Notes: generated by a model from the sequence alone, not told the origin. A DNA stretch of 64,000 bases from Clostridia bacterium (GCA_017396395.1 JAFQMF010000014.1:71421-135420); one strand, 5' to 3'. Counted from the stretch's first letter, positions 1 to 11,142 are shown. Made by a program: numbers and translations.

Positions 1-639
1 TATATTGATGATAAAATTGCCAGAATTGACGCAATTGTTGTTTCTACTCAGCATGACCCCGATGTTACTCAGGAACAAATAAGAAATGACATTATTAAAT
101 ATGTTATAAAAGCTGTTGTTCCTGAAAATCTATTAGATGATGATACACAGTATTTTGTTAATCCGTCAGGTAACTTTGTTATTGGTGGTCCTAACGGAGA
201 TTCTGGTCTTACTGGCAGAAAGATTATTGTAGATACATATGGTGGTGTAGCTCGTCACGGCGGCGGAGCATTTTCCGGTAAGGATCCTACAAAAGTAGAT
301 AGAAGTGCTTGCTATGCTGCAAGATATGTAGCTAAAAACTTAGTTGCTGCGGGACTTGCTTCAAAATGCGAAATTCAGCTTGCATATGCTATTGGTATGG
401 CTAACCCTGTATCTGTAAGAGTTGACACTTATGGAACTGGAATTATGTCAGATGATAAGATTGAAGAAATTGTAGGAAAGGTATTTGACCTTCGCCCTGC
501 TGCTATAATTGACAAGCTTGATTTAAGAAGACCTATTTACAGACAGACTGCCGCATACGGGCATTTTGGCAGAACTGATGTTGACCTTCCGTGGGAAGCA
601 TTAGACAAGGTTGAAGAAATTAAATCATACATTAAATAA
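1..639 (+). CDS. metK: S-adenosylmethionine synthetase, 5'-truncated at window edge (C-terminal ~212 aa present)
   Basis: Frame 1 is open from base 1 to TAA at 637-639. Translation ...[59 protein letters not shown]...TAAYGHFGR matches MetK C-terminal motifs. Confidence 0.9.
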   Translation, partial: YIDDKIARIDAIVVSTQHDPDVTQEQIRNDIIKYVIKAVVPENLLDDDTQYFVNPSGNFVIGGPNGDSGLTGRKIIVDTYGGVARHGGGAFSGKDPTKVDRSACYAARYVAKNLVAAGLASKCEIQLAYAIGMANPVSVRVDTYGTGIMSDDKIEEIVGKVFDLRPAAIIDKLDLRRPIYRQTAAYGHFGRTDVDLPWEALDKVEEIKSYIK

Positions 640-643
640 AAAA

Positions 644-673
644 ATTGCACCTTTTATAGGTGCAATTTTTTTA
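644..673 (+). terminator. Rho-independent terminator after metK
   Basis: Hairpin ttgcacc-ttttata-ggtgcaa followed by a T7 run. Confidence 0.6.
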
Positions 674-844
674 TACAAAAGAGAAAAATTTAAGTATGTA
701 TTTTGTGCATTTCTGCTATAGTAATTTTTGCCATAATTGCGTATAATAAATTGTAGAAATTGGAGAGGTAACGGTAGATTTAGTATTAAATAATTAATAA
801 TGAATAATACAAAATAAATCCCATCTTTCGATAGGATTTTGTTT

Positions 845-921
845 TGGTCGGAGTAGCAGGATTTGAACCTGTGGCCTCTTGGTCCCGAACCAAGCGCTCT
901 ACCAAACTGAGCTATACCCCG
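845..921 (-). tRNA. tRNA-Pro (anticodon CGG)
   Basis: Reverse complement CGGGGTATAGCTCAGTTTGGTAGAGCGCTTGGTTCGGGACCAAGAGGCCACAGGTTCAAATCCTGCTACTCCGACCA. It has a 7-bp acceptor stem, a D arm, anticodon loop TTCGGGA (CGG, G37), a TTCAAAT T-loop and an encoded CCA. Confidence 0.8.
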
Positions 922-1022
922 AAATGTTTAAATTGTTAAAAGCAACTGCAGTATATTCTAACATATTTCAGAAAGTTTGTCAATAAAAAAATATAGTAAC
1001 AAAGGGAGTAAGGAAAAAGAAT

Positions 1023-1916
1023 ATGAATATAACAGATAAAATTAATGATATTCTTACCGAAAAGCCGGGTGATGGATTTTTTAAATATATGTCAAAAAAC
1101 CTTTTCAAACGTTTTGGTGACCATAATATAACCCAGACTGCCGGTCAGCTGGCATTTTTCACTTTGTTGTCCTTTTTTCCTTTTGTGGTTTTTTTAAACT
1201 ACCTTATAAGCTCTTTCAATCTTACTAAAAACGTGGTAATAGAGCTTTTATCCGAAATTTTTCCGTACCAAATTGCGGAAATAATGGGTAATTATGTTGA
1301 GTATGTATCTGGACTTGGAAATAATGTAGGTATTATTTCAGCCGGTATTATTGTAGCTGTATTTTCAGCATCCAGGTCGGTACGGGCACTTAGTATTGCT
1401 ATAAATCAGGCATATAATATTTCAGATAAAAGGTTTTTCCTTTTAAGACTTATTCTTTCTATGATTTTTACTGTTGTGCTTGGAATTATTGTTATGCTTT
1501 GTCTTGTGGCTGTAACAGCAGGCAGGGAATGGATATACAGAATAATACTCCTTCTTGATTTGCCCGTAAGCTGGCTGACAACAATAAGTACAATGAAATG
1601 GGTTGTAGTATTTTCTGCGTTTTTTGTAATACTTCTTTTGATTTATTATACTGTGCCTTTAACGCGGGTGAAATTAAAAGATATACTTCCGGGAACCTTT
1701 TTAACAATTATATTTAACTTTGTTCTTACTTACGGCTATTCAATTTACATTTCCTATTTTAGTAATTTTTCAGTGCTTTATGGCTCAATGGGTGTGGCAC
1801 TTCTTCTTGCCTTGTGGCTGTATTTTATGGGAATATTTATTATTTTGGGTGCGGAATTTAACAGTGCCCTTGCTGAAAGAAAATATTTTAATGCTGTAAA
1901 TTCAGTTAAGAACTAA
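1023..1916 (+). CDS. YihY/BrkB (virulence factor BrkB / ribonuclease BN-like) family membrane protein
   Basis: 297 aa. Motif TQTAGQLAFFTLLSFFPF plus six hydrophobic segments, typical of YihY. RBS AAGGGAG upstream. Confidence 0.8.
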   Translation: MNITDKINDILTEKPGDGFFKYMSKNLFKRFGDHNITQTAGQLAFFTLLSFFPFVVFLNYLISSFNLTKNVVIELLSEIFPYQIAEIMGNYVEYVSGLGNNVGIISAGIIVAVFSASRSVRALSIAINQAYNISDKRFFLLRLILSMIFTVVLGIIVMLCLVAVTAGREWIYRIILLLDLPVSWLTTISTMKWVVVFSAFFVILLLIYYTVPLTRVKLKDILPGTFLTIIFNFVLTYGYSIYISYFSNFSVLYGSMGVALLLALWLYFMGIFIILGAEFNSALAERKYFNAVNSVKN

Positions 1917-1932
1917 AAGAAAAAATTTCTAT

Positions 1933-1960
1933 TGATTTTTTTTGTTAAACGTGGTAAAAT
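1933..1960 (+). promoter_or_regulatory. sigma-A-like promoter (TTGATT - 16 nt - TGgTAAAAT, extended -10) driving the downstream structured RNA
   Basis: Read directly: ttgatt at 1933-1938, tggtaaaat at 1952-1960. Confidence 0.4.
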
Positions 1961-1964
1961 AATA

Positions 1965-2250
1965 GTGTAAGACATAGGTCTTATAAAAAATATGTAGTAA
2001 TATTCCTGCTTTATTCGCAATGCCGTTTTTGACTTAAACCAACATTTACACGAAGGGAAACCATCTTCGGGCTTGGCATAAATGCCCCCACAGCGTATGC
2101 TGTGCAGCGCTTGACGCAGGGGACTTATAAAGAGCCTGAGTAATTACCCACCTGCACAGGCAGGTTTGAGTGTAACGGACAGGCGGTAGGGCGGGATATT
2201 TTTCATATTTACAAAAGACAAAAGGAGCAGGAAACCCTGCTCCTTAATTA
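1965..2250 (+). ncRNA. Candidate independently transcribed structured small RNA (identity unknown; 6S-like is one possibility)
   Basis: About 280 nt with no ORF. It is locally GC-rich compared with its flanks and has several stem-loops (acctgc-acag-gcaggt; ggca-taaa-tgcc; aagac-atag-gtctt). It ends in hairpin ggagcag-gaaaccc-ctgctcc at 2224-2244. A separate promoter for mreB follows. Confidence 0.3.
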
Positions 2251-2275
2251 ATATATAAAACTACAAAATGAGGAC

Positions 2276-2304
2276 TTGATTATTTTATAAATCTGTAGTA
2301 TAAT
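2276..2304 (+). promoter_or_regulatory. sigma-A promoter (TTGATT - 17 nt - TATAAT) for the mreB/mbl gene
   Basis: ttgatt at 2276-2281, tataat at 2299-2304. Confidence 0.5.
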
Positions 2305-2358
2305 AATATAAATAATACTTTGGATTGTTATTGTTTTTACATATGAGGAGAGGATAAA

Positions 2359-3378
2359 ATGTTATTTGGATACATTCAGGATGTAGGTATCGACCTTGGC
2401 ACTTCCACAGTACTTGTGTATGTTAAAGGTAAAGGAATTGTTTTAAAAGAACCTTCTGTTGTTGCCGTAAACTCAAGAGGAGAAGCGTTAGCAGTAGGTG
2501 TTAAGGCACAGAGAATGCTTGGTAGAACACCTGGAAGCATTACTGCAAAAAGACCTCTTAGCGATGGCGTAATCTCAGATTATACATTGACTGAAAAGAT
2601 GCTTAAGGAATTTCTTAAAAAAGTTTGCAAACAGAGATTGTTTGGTCCAAGAGTTGTTGTTTGTGTACCCAGCGGAGTAACTGAAGTGGAAAAAAGAGCA
2701 GTTATAGATGCTACAATTCAGGCAGGTGCTTCTAAAGTAAGACTTATTGAAGAACCTTTAGCAGCTGCAATTGGTGCAGGTATTGATATTTCAAGACCAA
2801 GCGGTTGTATGGTAGTGGATATCGGTGGCGGTACAACCGATATTGCAGTTATTTCACTTGACGGAATAGTTGTACGTTCATCTATTAAGGTCGCAGGTGA
2901 CCAGTTTGATGAAGCAGTAGTAAAATATGTAAAGAAAAAATACAATGTTTTAATAGGTGAGAGAACCGCCGAAGAGCTTAAAATTGCAATTGGCTGTGTT
3001 CTTCCAAGAGATGAAGAACTGCAGATGGAAATAAGAGGTCGTTGCCTTTTGACAGGTCTTCCCAGAGTTCTTATGATAAATTCAACTGAAATTGCAGAAG
3101 CACTTATTGAAACAGGTATGATTATAGCAGATGCTGTACATTCAGTTTTGGAAGCTACTCCACCAGAACTTGTTGGAGATATAAGCCAGTCAGGTATTGT
3201 TATAACTGGTGGTGGTGGACTTATCTGGGGACTTGATATTCTTTTAAAGAAGAGAACAGGCGTTGATGTATATGTTGCAGAGGACGCAATTTCTTGTGTG
3301 GCAAAAGGTACAGGAATGTCTCTTGAATACATTGACAAAATCAATGAGGCAGAAAACAGAAGAAAAATTATTGTTTAA
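2359..3378 (+). CDS. mreB: Rod shape-determining actin homologue MreB/Mbl
   Basis: 339 aa. GIDLGTSTVLVYVKGKGIVLKEPSVVAV and DIGGGTTDIAVISL phosphate-binding motifs. RBS GAGGAGAGG. Confidence 0.85.
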   Translation: MLFGYIQDVGIDLGTSTVLVYVKGKGIVLKEPSVVAVNSRGEALAVGVKAQRMLGRTPGSITAKRPLSDGVISDYTLTEKMLKEFLKKVCKQRLFGPRVVVCVPSGVTEVEKRAVIDATIQAGASKVRLIEEPLAAAIGAGIDISRPSGCMVVDIGGGTTDIAVISLDGIVVRSSIKVAGDQFDEAVVKYVKKKYNVLIGERTAEELKIAIGCVLPRDEELQMEIRGRCLLTGLPRVLMINSTEIAEALIETGMIIADAVHSVLEATPPELVGDISQSGIVITGGGGLIWGLDILLKKRTGVDVYVAEDAISCVAKGTGMSLEYIDKINEAENRRKIIV

Positions 3379-3383
3379 AAAAT

Positions 3384-3411
3384 TAAAGCAGGAACAACTT
3401 TGTTCCTGCTT
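3384..3411. terminator. Bidirectional hairpin terminator between convergent mreB and folD
   Basis: aaagcaggaacaa-ctt-tgttcctgcttt, a perfect 12-bp stem flanked by A and T runs. Confidence 0.5.
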
Positions 3412-3467
3412 TAACTATATAAATGAAATATCAGTTAAACGAATTATCTTATAATACGAACTTTCAG

Positions 3468-4310
3468 TTAATTAATTTCTGCAGCATGCACAGTATTTTT
3501 CATAAGTATAGCTCTTGTCATAGGACCAACTCCGCCTGGAACAGGAGTAATTGCACCTGCCACATTTTTAACAGATTCAAAGTCCACATCTCCGCAAAGC
3601 TTACCATTTTCATCTCTGTTCATACCAACATCAATTACAGTAGCACCCGGCTTTACCATATCTCCTGTAATAAGCTTAGCCTTGCCTACTGCGGCAACCA
3701 ATATATCAGCTTCTCGGCATTCCTGTGCTAAATCCTTTGTTCTGGAATGGCATATTGTAACGGTACCGTTTTTGTGTAAAAGAAGCATTGCCTGAGGTTT
3801 ACCTACAATATTACTTCTGCCTACTACTACACATTTTTTTCCTTCAACCTGTGTGCCTGATTTTGCAATAAGCTCCATTACGCCGGCGGGAGTACAGGGT
3901 AGAAAATCATAGTCGCCAATCATAATTTTACCTACATTGGAAGGGTGGAAAGCATCCACATCCTTTGTTGGGTTGATTTTGTTAATAACAGCCTTTTCAT
4001 CAAGATGCTTGGGAAGTGGCAACTGTACTAAAATGCCGCTTATTTTACTATCATCATTCAATCTGTCAATTAAACTGCAAAGCTCATCTTGAGAAGTTTC
4101 AGCAGGGAGTGCGTATTCCTCAGAATACACCCCGATTTCTTCGCAGTCTTTACACTTATTTCGTACATATACCTGAGAAGCAGGGTCAGTACCCACAATA
4201 ATAACCGCAAGTCCGGGTCTATTACCTTCTTCTGTCATTTTTGCTACCTTTTTTGCCAGCTCCTCTTTTATTTCCAGTGCCAGAGCCTTGCCGTCTATAA
4301 TTTTTGCCAT
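3468..4310 (-). CDS. folD: Bifunctional methylenetetrahydrofolate dehydrogenase/methenyl-THF cyclohydrolase
   Basis: 280 aa. [11 protein letters not shown]... start, [20 protein letters not shown] and [10 protein letters not shown] motifs. Confidence 0.9.
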   Translation of the reverse strand: MAKIIDGKALALEIKEELAKKVAKMTEEGNRPGLAVIIVGTDPASQVYVRNKCKDCEEIGVYSEEYALPAETSQDELCSLIDRLNDDSKISGILVQLPLPKHLDEKAVINKINPTKDVDAFHPSNVGKIMIGDYDFLPCTPAGVMELIAKSGTQVEGKKCVVVGRSNIVGKPQAMLLLHKNGTVTICHSRTKDLAQECREADILVAAVGKAKLITGDMVKPGATVIDVGMNRDENGKLCGDVDFESVKNVAGAITPVPGGVGPMTRAILMKNTVHAAEIN

Positions 4311-6135
4311 TAGTATATCCTCCGTCTTTTGATTTAGTATAATTTTTTGGTCTTATTAAACAGTTTTTATCAAAACCTATTAAATCTTGTCTCCCTGCCA
4401 TAACAAGTGCTTTATGCACAAGGGCATAATTTTCAGGTCTGCGGTATTGTAAAAGTGCCCTTTGCATAGCTTTTTCGGTAGGGTCTTTTGCAACATAAAC
4501 CTTTTTCATTGTTCTGGGGTCAATTCCTGTATAATACATACAAGTGGATATTGTACCCGGTGTAGGATAAAAATCCTGTACCTGTTGAGGGTTAATACCT
4601 TCTTTTTTCAAATATATTGCCAGCTCAATTGCATCATTTAAAGTACTTCCAGGGTGACTGGACATAAGATAGGGAACAAGATACTGCTCTTTTCCAAGCT
4701 GATTATTTATTCTCTTATAAGCCGTGCAGAAATCCCGATATACACGGTTTGAAGGCTTACCCATAAGCTTTAATACATTATCGCTTATATGCTCAGGTGC
4801 AACCTTTAGCTGACCGCTTATATGATGCTGGCACAGCTCTTTTAAAAAGGTATCATCTTTATCAGCCATAAGATAATCAAACCGGATACCTGAACGGATA
4901 AACACTTTTTTTATTTTAGGAAGACTCCTCAGCTCCCGAAGTAGTTTAACATATTCAGTATGGGAAACCTTCATGTTGGGACAGGGAGCAGGGAATAAAC
5001 ATTGTCTGTTTTTGCATACTCCCTCCTTCAACTGTTTTTCGCAGGAAGGAGCACGAAAGTTGGCAGTAGGTCCGCCTACATCATTTATATATCCCTTGAA
5101 GTCAGGCATATTTGTCATTTTTTCTGCTTCAGTTATAATGGATTTATGACTTCTGCTTTGTACAGTGCGTCCTTGATGAAAAGCAAGGGCACAAAAGTTA
5201 CAGGAACCAAAACATCCGCGTGAACTGGTAATACTGAATTTCACCTCTTCAATAGCAGGGACTCCTCCCATTTTTTCGTACATAGGATGTACCTCTCTTG
5301 TAAAGGGAAGAGAAAATATCCTGTCAAGCTCGCTTCTTGAAAGGGGAGCTGCAGGCTTATTCTGCACTAAAAACCTGTTTTTGTGAGGCTGTATTACAGT
5401 TTTGCCACGAGCAAAATCATGCTGAGCATACTGCTCTGACACAGAAACAGCATAAGCTTTTTTATCTTTTTTCACCTCTTCAAAAGAGGGAATAACAGCC
5501 GCATCTTCAATATATGAGGCATCTTCTGTCATATAGGCTGTGCCGTCAATATAAGTAATGGATTTTATATCAAGTCCGTCATTTAATGCAAAGGCAATCT
5601 CCTTTAAAATCCGTTCACCCATACCATATATTAAAAGGTCTGCACCTGAGTCCTCTAAAATGGAAGGCATAACCTTATCCTCCCAGTAGTCATAATGAGC
5701 AAACCTTCTAAGACTCGCTTCAATTCCTCCTATAATAATAGGTTTATCAGGAAAAGCCTCTCTTGCCATTTTAGAATATACAATAGTGGGTCTGTCAGGT
5801 CTTTTGCCTGCCTTTCCTCCTGGAGAATATAAATCTTCACTGCGTTTTTTCTTGGCGGCAGTATAATGTGCCACCATTGAATCAATATTACCTCCTGATA
5901 TGAGAATACCAAGTCGAGGCTCTCCGCAACGTTTAAAATCTTCTAAATTTTTAGTATTTGGCTGAGGAATAATTGCCACCTTAAAACCATAGCTTTCTAA
6001 AGTTCTGGAAAGAATAGCAACGGCAAAAGAAGGATGGTCCACATAAGCATCAGCAGAAATAAAAATGAAATCCACCTGCTCCCAGCCACGATTAGTCATA
6101 TCTTTTTTACATACAGGTATAAATGGGTTATTCAT
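4222..6135 (-). CDS. ygiQ: YgiQ-family radical SAM protein (UPF0313)
   Basis: 637 aa. N-terminal B12-binding-like region, CFGSCNFC radical-SAM cysteine motif, and the Lys/Arg/Gly-rich C-terminal tail typical of YgiQ. The 3' end overlaps the folD start by 89 nt. Confidence 0.8.
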   Translation of the reverse strand: MNNPFIPVCKKDMTNRGWEQVDFIFISADAYVDHPSFAVAILSRTLESYGFKVAIIPQPNTKNLEDFKRCGEPRLGILISGGNIDSMVAHYTAAKKKRSEDLYSPGGKAGKRPDRPTIVYSKMAREAFPDKPIIIGGIEASLRRFAHYDYWEDKVMPSILEDSGADLLIYGMGERILKEIAFALNDGLDIKSITYIDGTAYMTEDASYIEDAAVIPSFEEVKKDKKAYAVSVSEQYAQHDFARGKTVIQPHKNRFLVQNKPAAPLSRSELDRIFSLPFTREVHPMYEKMGGVPAIEEVKFSITSSRGCFGSCNFCALAFHQGRTVQSRSHKSIITEAEKMTNMPDFKGYINDVGGPTANFRAPSCEKQLKEGVCKNRQCLFPAPCPNMKVSHTEYVKLLRELRSLPKIKKVFIRSGIRFDYLMADKDDTFLKELCQHHISGQLKVAPEHISDNVLKLMGKPSNRVYRDFCTAYKRINNQLGKEQYLVPYLMSSHPGSTLNDAIELAIYLKKEGINPQQVQDFYPTPGTISTCMYYTGIDPRTMKKVYVAKDPTEKAMQRALLQYRRPENYALVHKALVMAGRQDLIGFDKNCLIRPKNYTKSKDGGYTNGKNYRRQGSGTGNKRGAGKKGSKNDRRR

Positions 6136-6154
6136 CTGAAAAATCCTTTCAGGG

Positions 6155-8500
6155 TTAGTCCTCTAAAGCAGCTTCTTCCAATTGATTTGCTCTTGCAGAA
6201 TAATACTGCTCTCGGCTCATACGAAGAGTACGGGGTTTATTGCTTCCGTCATATGGAGAAATAATTCCCATTTTATCCATAAGGTCAATAAGCCTTCCTG
6301 CTCTTGCATAACCTACTTTCAATCTTCTTTGTATCATAGAAGTAGAAATCTGCTCAAGCTCAAAAGCAATATCTACAGCATCTTCGAACAGCTCGTCCAC
6401 TTCATTCTCGCCCGGAGAGTGGTCTTGCTTGTTGCTTCCTGCCGCATTACCTTCAATTGAACTTTGTACGGCTTCACTATAATCAGAATCACAATTTTGT
6501 TTAATAAATGAGGTAACTCTTTCAACATCACCATCGGATACAAAAGCACCCTGAACACGTACCAGCTTATTGCTGCCGGCAAGCATCATCAGCATATCTC
6601 CTCTGCCCATAAGCTTTTCTGCACCGCCACAGTCAATAATAGTGCGGGAGTCGATATGGTTAGATACTTGAAAAGAAAATCTTGAAGGGATGTTTGCTTT
6701 AATAAGGCCTGTAATAACATCAACCGAGGGTCTTTGTGTGGCTAAAATAAGGTGCATACCTGCTGCTCTTGCTTTCTGGGCAAGGCGGCAGATATAATCC
6801 TGCACTTCACCGGGAGCCACCATCATAAGGTCGGCAAGCTCGTCTATAATTATAACAATCTGAGGAAGTTTTTCTCCTCCTGTTACCGCCATTTTATCGT
6901 TATATCCGCCTAAATTACGCACAGATAATTCTGCAAATTTTTTATATCTTTCTTCCATTTCATTTACCGCCCAGCAAAGAGCACCAGCCGCCTTTCGGGG
7001 GTCAGTAACGATAGGAACGAGAAGATGGGGAATACCGTTATACATTTCAAGCTCAACTGCCTTAGGGTCAACCATTACAAGACGAACCTCTGCGGGGGTT
7101 GATTTATAAAGGATACTAGTCACTATGGCATTTATACAAACACTCTTACCTGAGCCTGTAGTGCCTGCAATTAAAAGGTGAGGCATTTTTGCAATGTCCA
7201 CTACTGTAACCTTGCCGTCAATATCTCTGCCAAGAGCCGCCGCAACCTTTGAGGGGTGGGATTTAAACTCTTTGCTTTCAATCATTTCACGAATATATAC
7301 TGAGGTTACTTTATCGTTTGACGCTTCAATACCAACACTGCCCTGTAAAACCTCCATACGAACATTCTGTGCAGGAAGACGCATAGCTATATCCTGGTCA
7401 AGGGAGGTGATTTTGCTGATTTTAACACCTGCTGCGGGAAGCACTTCGTATCTTGTTACACTGGAGCCTTGTGTTACATTTGTAATTTTCGCCTCAACTC
7501 CAAAACTGTGAAGTATTTCCAAAAGCTTTGTGGCATTTTCTCTTAATTTTTCCACCTTTTCGGTTTTGGTGGCTGGGGCTGGAATATCCAGTAAATCAGT
7601 AGAAGGGAATATATATTCTCTTATTGGTTTTTCTTTATTTTCATCAAGTTCTTTTACAATTTCCGTATCAGGAACTATTTTTTCTTTCTGTTCTTCTTCG
7701 CTAAGGGGTAGCTGTTCTTTAATTTCAAGAGGCTTTCCCTCACCTACATTTACAGTTATATCATCAAGAGGATTGTTTATGGAAATTTCATCCTCTTTTC
7801 TGGGAGCAATTACAATATCGGGATATGTATCAAAATCGTTAGTAATGTTATCCGGAAGAGTTATAACGTCACTTTCTTCATCCTTTGATTCTTTAAGCGA
7901 AGTAAAGGAGTCTTTTATACTTCTGCCAATATAACAGAAAAATTTTCCAATTAAAGTTAAAACAGAGATGTTAAACAGCAGAATAATATCAATCATACCA
8001 CCTGCAATAATAATAACAAGTGTCATAACCTTACCAAGTAAATCCCATAAAATATCAGTAAGTACACCGCCTATTACACCACCACCTTGAGAATTAATTC
8101 CGCATTCCCAAAGATATCCCATACCTGAGGATTTATATTCTATAACTCCAAATCGGAAGGTGTAATGTACAAACATACATACAAGAAGAAACAGTACTGC
8201 AATATGTGCTGATTTTGAATCATCCTTTACAGCATAGTGGCATACAGCACTTCCTATTAAAGCAAGAGGGAGAGTATATGCACCGCAACCAAAAAGACCT
8301 GTAAGTCCAAGGTTTAGATATTTTCCTACTATTCCCCCCGAGCCGAACCATAGGCTTACTATGATAAATATGCCCAGTACCCCTGCACAGATGGTAAGTA
8401 TTTCTCCTGTGTATTTATCTTCCTGTGTTTTTTTTGCAGGAGCAGAAGTCTGCCTTGCCACAGTTTTTTTCTTTGTTTTTTCAGCCATAGCTTTTTTCAT
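6155..8500 (-). CDS. ftsK: DNA translocase FtsK/SpoIIIE
   Basis: 781 aa. N-terminal TM segments, linker, Walker A GTTGSGKS, then the gamma-domain winged helix at the C-terminus. Confidence 0.9.
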   Translation of the reverse strand: MKKAMAEKTKKKTVARQTSAPAKKTQEDKYTGEILTICAGVLGIFIIVSLWFGSGGIVGKYLNLGLTGLFGCGAYTLPLALIGSAVCHYAVKDDSKSAHIAVLFLLVCMFVHYTFRFGVIEYKSSGMGYLWECGINSQGGGVIGGVLTDILWDLLGKVMTLVIIIAGGMIDIILLFNISVLTLIGKFFCYIGRSIKDSFTSLKESKDEESDVITLPDNITNDFDTYPDIVIAPRKEDEISINNPLDDITVNVGEGKPLEIKEQLPLSEEEQKEKIVPDTEIVKELDENKEKPIREYIFPSTDLLDIPAPATKTEKVEKLRENATKLLEILHSFGVEAKITNVTQGSSVTRYEVLPAAGVKISKITSLDQDIAMRLPAQNVRMEVLQGSVGIEASNDKVTSVYIREMIESKEFKSHPSKVAAALGRDIDGKVTVVDIAKMPHLLIAGTTGSGKSVCINAIVTSILYKSTPAEVRLVMVDPKAVELEMYNGIPHLLVPIVTDPRKAAGALCWAVNEMEERYKKFAELSVRNLGGYNDKMAVTGGEKLPQIVIIIDELADLMMVAPGEVQDYICRLAQKARAAGMHLILATQRPSVDVITGLIKANIPSRFSFQVSNHIDSRTIIDCGGAEKLMGRGDMLMMLAGSNKLVRVQGAFVSDGDVERVTSFIKQNCDSDYSEAVQSSIEGNAAGSNKQDHSPGENEVDELFEDAVDIAFELEQISTSMIQRRLKVGYARAGRLIDLMDKMGIISPYDGSNKPRTLRMSREQYYSARANQLEEAALED

Positions 8501-8507
8501 TCCTTTT

Positions 8508-9326
8508 CTATTTAATGAGTGTAAAATATCCTATTACCAAAACACCAAGTACTATTCTGTACCAGCCAAACACCTTGAAATCGTGACTCTTAACATAGTT
8601 AACAAGAAATTTAACTGATAAAAGCGATACTATATAGGCAACTGCCATACCCATTAAAAGTATAATCCATTCAGCAGTTTGCATAGGGTAGTCGTTTGTT
8701 ACAAGCTTTAAAAAGCTGACACCAAACATAACGGGTATTGCTAAAAAGAAGGAAAATTCTGCCGCCACATATCTGGAACAGCCAAGCAGCATAGCTCCAA
8801 GTATGGTAGCACCTGAACGGGATGTTCCGGGCACAATTGAAAGCACCTGAAAAATGCCGATTAAAAGTGCGGTTTTATATGTAAGACAGTTTAAATCAGA
8901 AATACTTGAGTCTTTATCTTTTCTCTCAATAAATAAAAAGGCAATACCATAAATTATAAGGGTAGCACTGACTACAAGCCAGTTTTCAATTTTTTCCATT
9001 TGTTTATCAAAAACAAGACCGATAGCCGCTGCAGGCACACAGGCAAGAATTACCTTAAACCAAAGCTGCCATGTATCCTTTTTTTCCATATCCGATTTAG
9101 AGGGTGAAAAAGGATTTAATTTATGGAAAAAAAGTGTTGCTATAGCAAGGATAGCACCAAGCTGAATTACGTATAAAAAAACATCTGTTGCAAAAAAACT
9201 CTCACCGGTTTTTATATTCATAAGTTCATTTACGAGTATCATATGACCGGTACTGCTTATAGGAAGCCATTCGGTGATACCTTCCACTATACCAAGAAAA
9301 ATGCTTTGCAGGATTTTAATAGACAT
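8508..9326 (-). CDS. uppP: Undecaprenyl-diphosphate phosphatase
   Basis: 272 aa polytopic membrane protein. EGITEWLPISSTGH and PGTSRSGATI motifs of BacA/UppP. Confidence 0.85.
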   Translation of the reverse strand: MSIKILQSIFLGIVEGITEWLPISSTGHMILVNELMNIKTGESFFATDVFLYVIQLGAILAIATLFFHKLNPFSPSKSDMEKKDTWQLWFKVILACVPAAAIGLVFDKQMEKIENWLVVSATLIIYGIAFLFIERKDKDSSISDLNCLTYKTALLIGIFQVLSIVPGTSRSGATILGAMLLGCSRYVAAEFSFFLAIPVMFGVSFLKLVTNDYPMQTAEWIILLMGMAVAYIVSLLSVKFLVNYVKSHDFKVFGWYRIVLGVLVIGYFTLIK

Positions 9327-9490
9327 TTCCTTTTCCTCCCAAAAAATTTCTTCATTATATAATTATAACAGATTAAGTATAAAATATCAATACTTTAAGG
9401 AAAAATATAGTATAAATGTAACAATTCCGAAATAAAAAATATTAAAAATATATTCAATTTCTAAAAATGTAAAAAAATTACTAAAAAAGG

Positions 9491-9519
9491 TTGACAAAAT
9501 ATACTGCCTGTGATATAAT
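9491..9519 (+). promoter_or_regulatory. sigma-A promoter (TTGACA - 17 nt - TGaTATAAT) for the rpmG-secE-nusG cluster
   Basis: Consensus hexamers read directly at 9491-9496 and 9514-9519. Confidence 0.6.
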
Positions 9520-9614
9520 GATGTAAGCCCAAGAGGTGTTTTTTTTATGCAACAAATTTATCAAGTGTAAAATAACACAAGGTTTATATATTTATTAAGG
9601 AGGCTGAAAAGAAT

Positions 9615-9764
9615 ATGAGAGTAAAAGTAACACTTGCTTGTACAGAATGCAAGCAGAGAAACTACAATACTATGAAAAACAAGAAGAACGATCCTGACAG
9701 ACTTGAAATGAGCAAGTATTGTAAATTCTGCAGAAAGCACACAGAACATAAGGAAACTAAGTAA
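9615..9764 (+). CDS. rpmG: 50S ribosomal protein L33 (49 aa; missing from the ORF track because it is under 60 aa)
   Basis: Manual translation [49 protein letters not shown]. Cys-x2-Cys...Cys-x2-Cys zinc ribbon, RBS AAGGAGG, gene order rpmG-secE-nusG. Confidence 0.85.
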   Translation: MRVKVTLACTECKQRNYNTMKNKKNDPDRLEMSKYCKFCRKHTEHKETK

Positions 9765-9821
9765 TTCACGGCTCACAAATATTGTTTTGCATATGTATGC
9801 AAAAGAACGGAGGAAACAAAA

Positions 9822-10028
9822 ATGGCTGAAACAACAAATGTAAAAAAGACAAATAAAATCATCAGCTTTTTCCGTGAGATTAAGTCTGAGGTTAAAAAAA
9901 TCGTTTGGCCTGAACCCTCAAAACTTGCTAAGGATACAGCTATAGTTATTATATTCATCGCTGTAATCGGTGTCGTTATGTTTGCACTGGGTACACTTAT
10001 TCAGTGGGGTCTCAGTTTCATTAAGTAA
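9822..10028 (+). CDS. secE: Preprotein translocase subunit SecE
   Basis: 68 aa. Basic N-terminus, single TM segment, conserved position upstream of nusG. Confidence 0.85.
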   Translation: MAETTNVKKTNKIISFFREIKSEVKKIVWPEPSKLAKDTAIVIIFIAVIGVVMFALGTLIQWGLSFIK

Positions 10029-10063
10029 GATTTTATTTTTAATAAAGAAAGGGTGTATTTCTT

Positions 10064-10582
10064 ATGGCAGGACAGGCAAAATGGTATGTCATACACACCT
10101 ATTCTGGGTATGAAAAAAAGGTTGAAGCCAATATCTGGAAGCTTATTGAAAACAGAAATCTTCAGGATGTTATCATTGATACCCGTGTTCCTGAGGAGGA
10201 GGACAATTCTGCTCCCGAAAAGAAGGGTGCAAAGGTTAAAATCTTCCCTGGATATGTGTTTATTAAAATGGTAATGAGTGACGATACTTGGCATGCAATA
10301 AGAGGCATCAGAGGAGTTACCGGATTTGTAGGGCCTGAATCTAAGGCAGTTGCCCTTACCGAGCAGGAGCTTATTAATATGAAGCTTGAGAAAAAAGCAG
10401 TTGAGGCTAGCTTTGCGGTAGGAGATACGGTAAACATTCTGGAAGGACCCCTTGCCGGATACACAGGAAAGGTTATAGAGCTGTCTGAAGAACAGGACAA
10501 GGTAAAAATGCTTGTTGATTTGTTTGGCGGCAGAGAAACAGAGGTTGACCTGAGAATTGATCAGGTAGAACCCTTAAGTTAA
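10064..10582 (+). CDS. nusG: Transcription termination/antitermination factor NusG
   Basis: 172 aa. KWYVIHTYSGYEKKV NGN domain and C-terminal KOW (GDTVNILEGPLAGYTGKV). Confidence 0.9.
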   Translation: MAGQAKWYVIHTYSGYEKKVEANIWKLIENRNLQDVIIDTRVPEEEDNSAPEKKGAKVKIFPGYVFIKMVMSDDTWHAIRGIRGVTGFVGPESKAVALTEQELINMKLEKKAVEASFAVGDTVNILEGPLAGYTGKVIELSEEQDKVKMLVDLFGGRETEVDLRIDQVEPLS

Positions 10583-10716
10583 TAGCAATTCAAGGTTATA
10601 CTTTGATTATGTTATATTGCTATGCTTGTTTGCGTAAAGCATAGCGCGTTTAGTGGGAGGATATTCAAAGGGAATGTCCGCACATTACCACATTGTTTGA
10701 TAAGGAGGTGCAACAA

Positions 10717-11142
10717 ATGGCTCAGAAAGTTGTTGGAATGGTTAAGCTGCAGATTCCCGCAGGTAAAGCTACACCGGCTCCACCCGTAGGTCCTGCTTTA
10801 GGTCAGCACGGCTTAAACATCGCACAGTTTACAAAGGAATTCAACGAAAGAACTGCAAAGGACGCAGGCTACATCATCCCTGTTGTTATTACTGTTTACG
10901 CAGACAGATCCTTTAGTTTTATTACAAAGACTCCACCTACTCCTGTTTTACTTAAGAAAGCTTGTAAAATTGAGAAGGCTTCAGGTGTTCCAAATAAAAC
11001 AAAGGTTGCTACAATTTCAAAGGATGCTGTAAAGCAGATTGCCGAAACTAAAATGCCTGATCTTAATGCTGCAAGCATCGAGGCTGCTATGAGTATGGTA
11101 GCTGGTACTGCAAGAAGCATGGGCATCGTAGTAGAGGACTAA
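10717..11142 (+). CDS. rplK: 50S ribosomal protein L11
   Basis: [35 protein letters not shown]... Start moved to the ATG at 10717, which has a GGAGG RBS; the track's upstream ATG has none. Confidence 0.9.
   Translation: MAQKVVGMVKLQIPAGKATPAPPVGPALGQHGLNIAQFTKEFNERTAKDAGYIIPVVITVYADRSFSFITKTPPTPVLLKKACKIEKASGVPNKTKVATISKDAVKQIAETKMPDLNAASIEAAMSMVAGTARSMGIVVED

Noticed and set aside
845-921. Possible pseudo-tRNA because of an A49-C65 mismatch in the T-stem of tRNA-Pro
   Set aside because: All other arms, the G37, the CCA and the conserved T-loop are intact. A single terminal T-stem mismatch is tolerated in many tRNAs.
2718-3344. 208-aa minus-strand ORF antisense to mreB. Similar long antisense ORFs are 7530-7934 (+, in ftsK), 12546-13207 (several, in rplJ/rplL), 61363-62148 (-, 261 aa, in pheS) and 34138-34533 (+, in valS).
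   Set aside because: They overlap well-supported conserved genes on the opposite strand. They have low-complexity, Ser/Ile-rich translations and no RBS. They are typical shadow ORFs.
10583-10716. Possible L11/L1 operon leader and hairpin (gctatgctt-gtttgcgta-aagcatagc) between nusG and rplK
   Set aside because: The hairpin and a GGGAGG-containing segment are present, but I could not confirm the L1-binding rRNA mimic by eye. Recorded only as a possibility.
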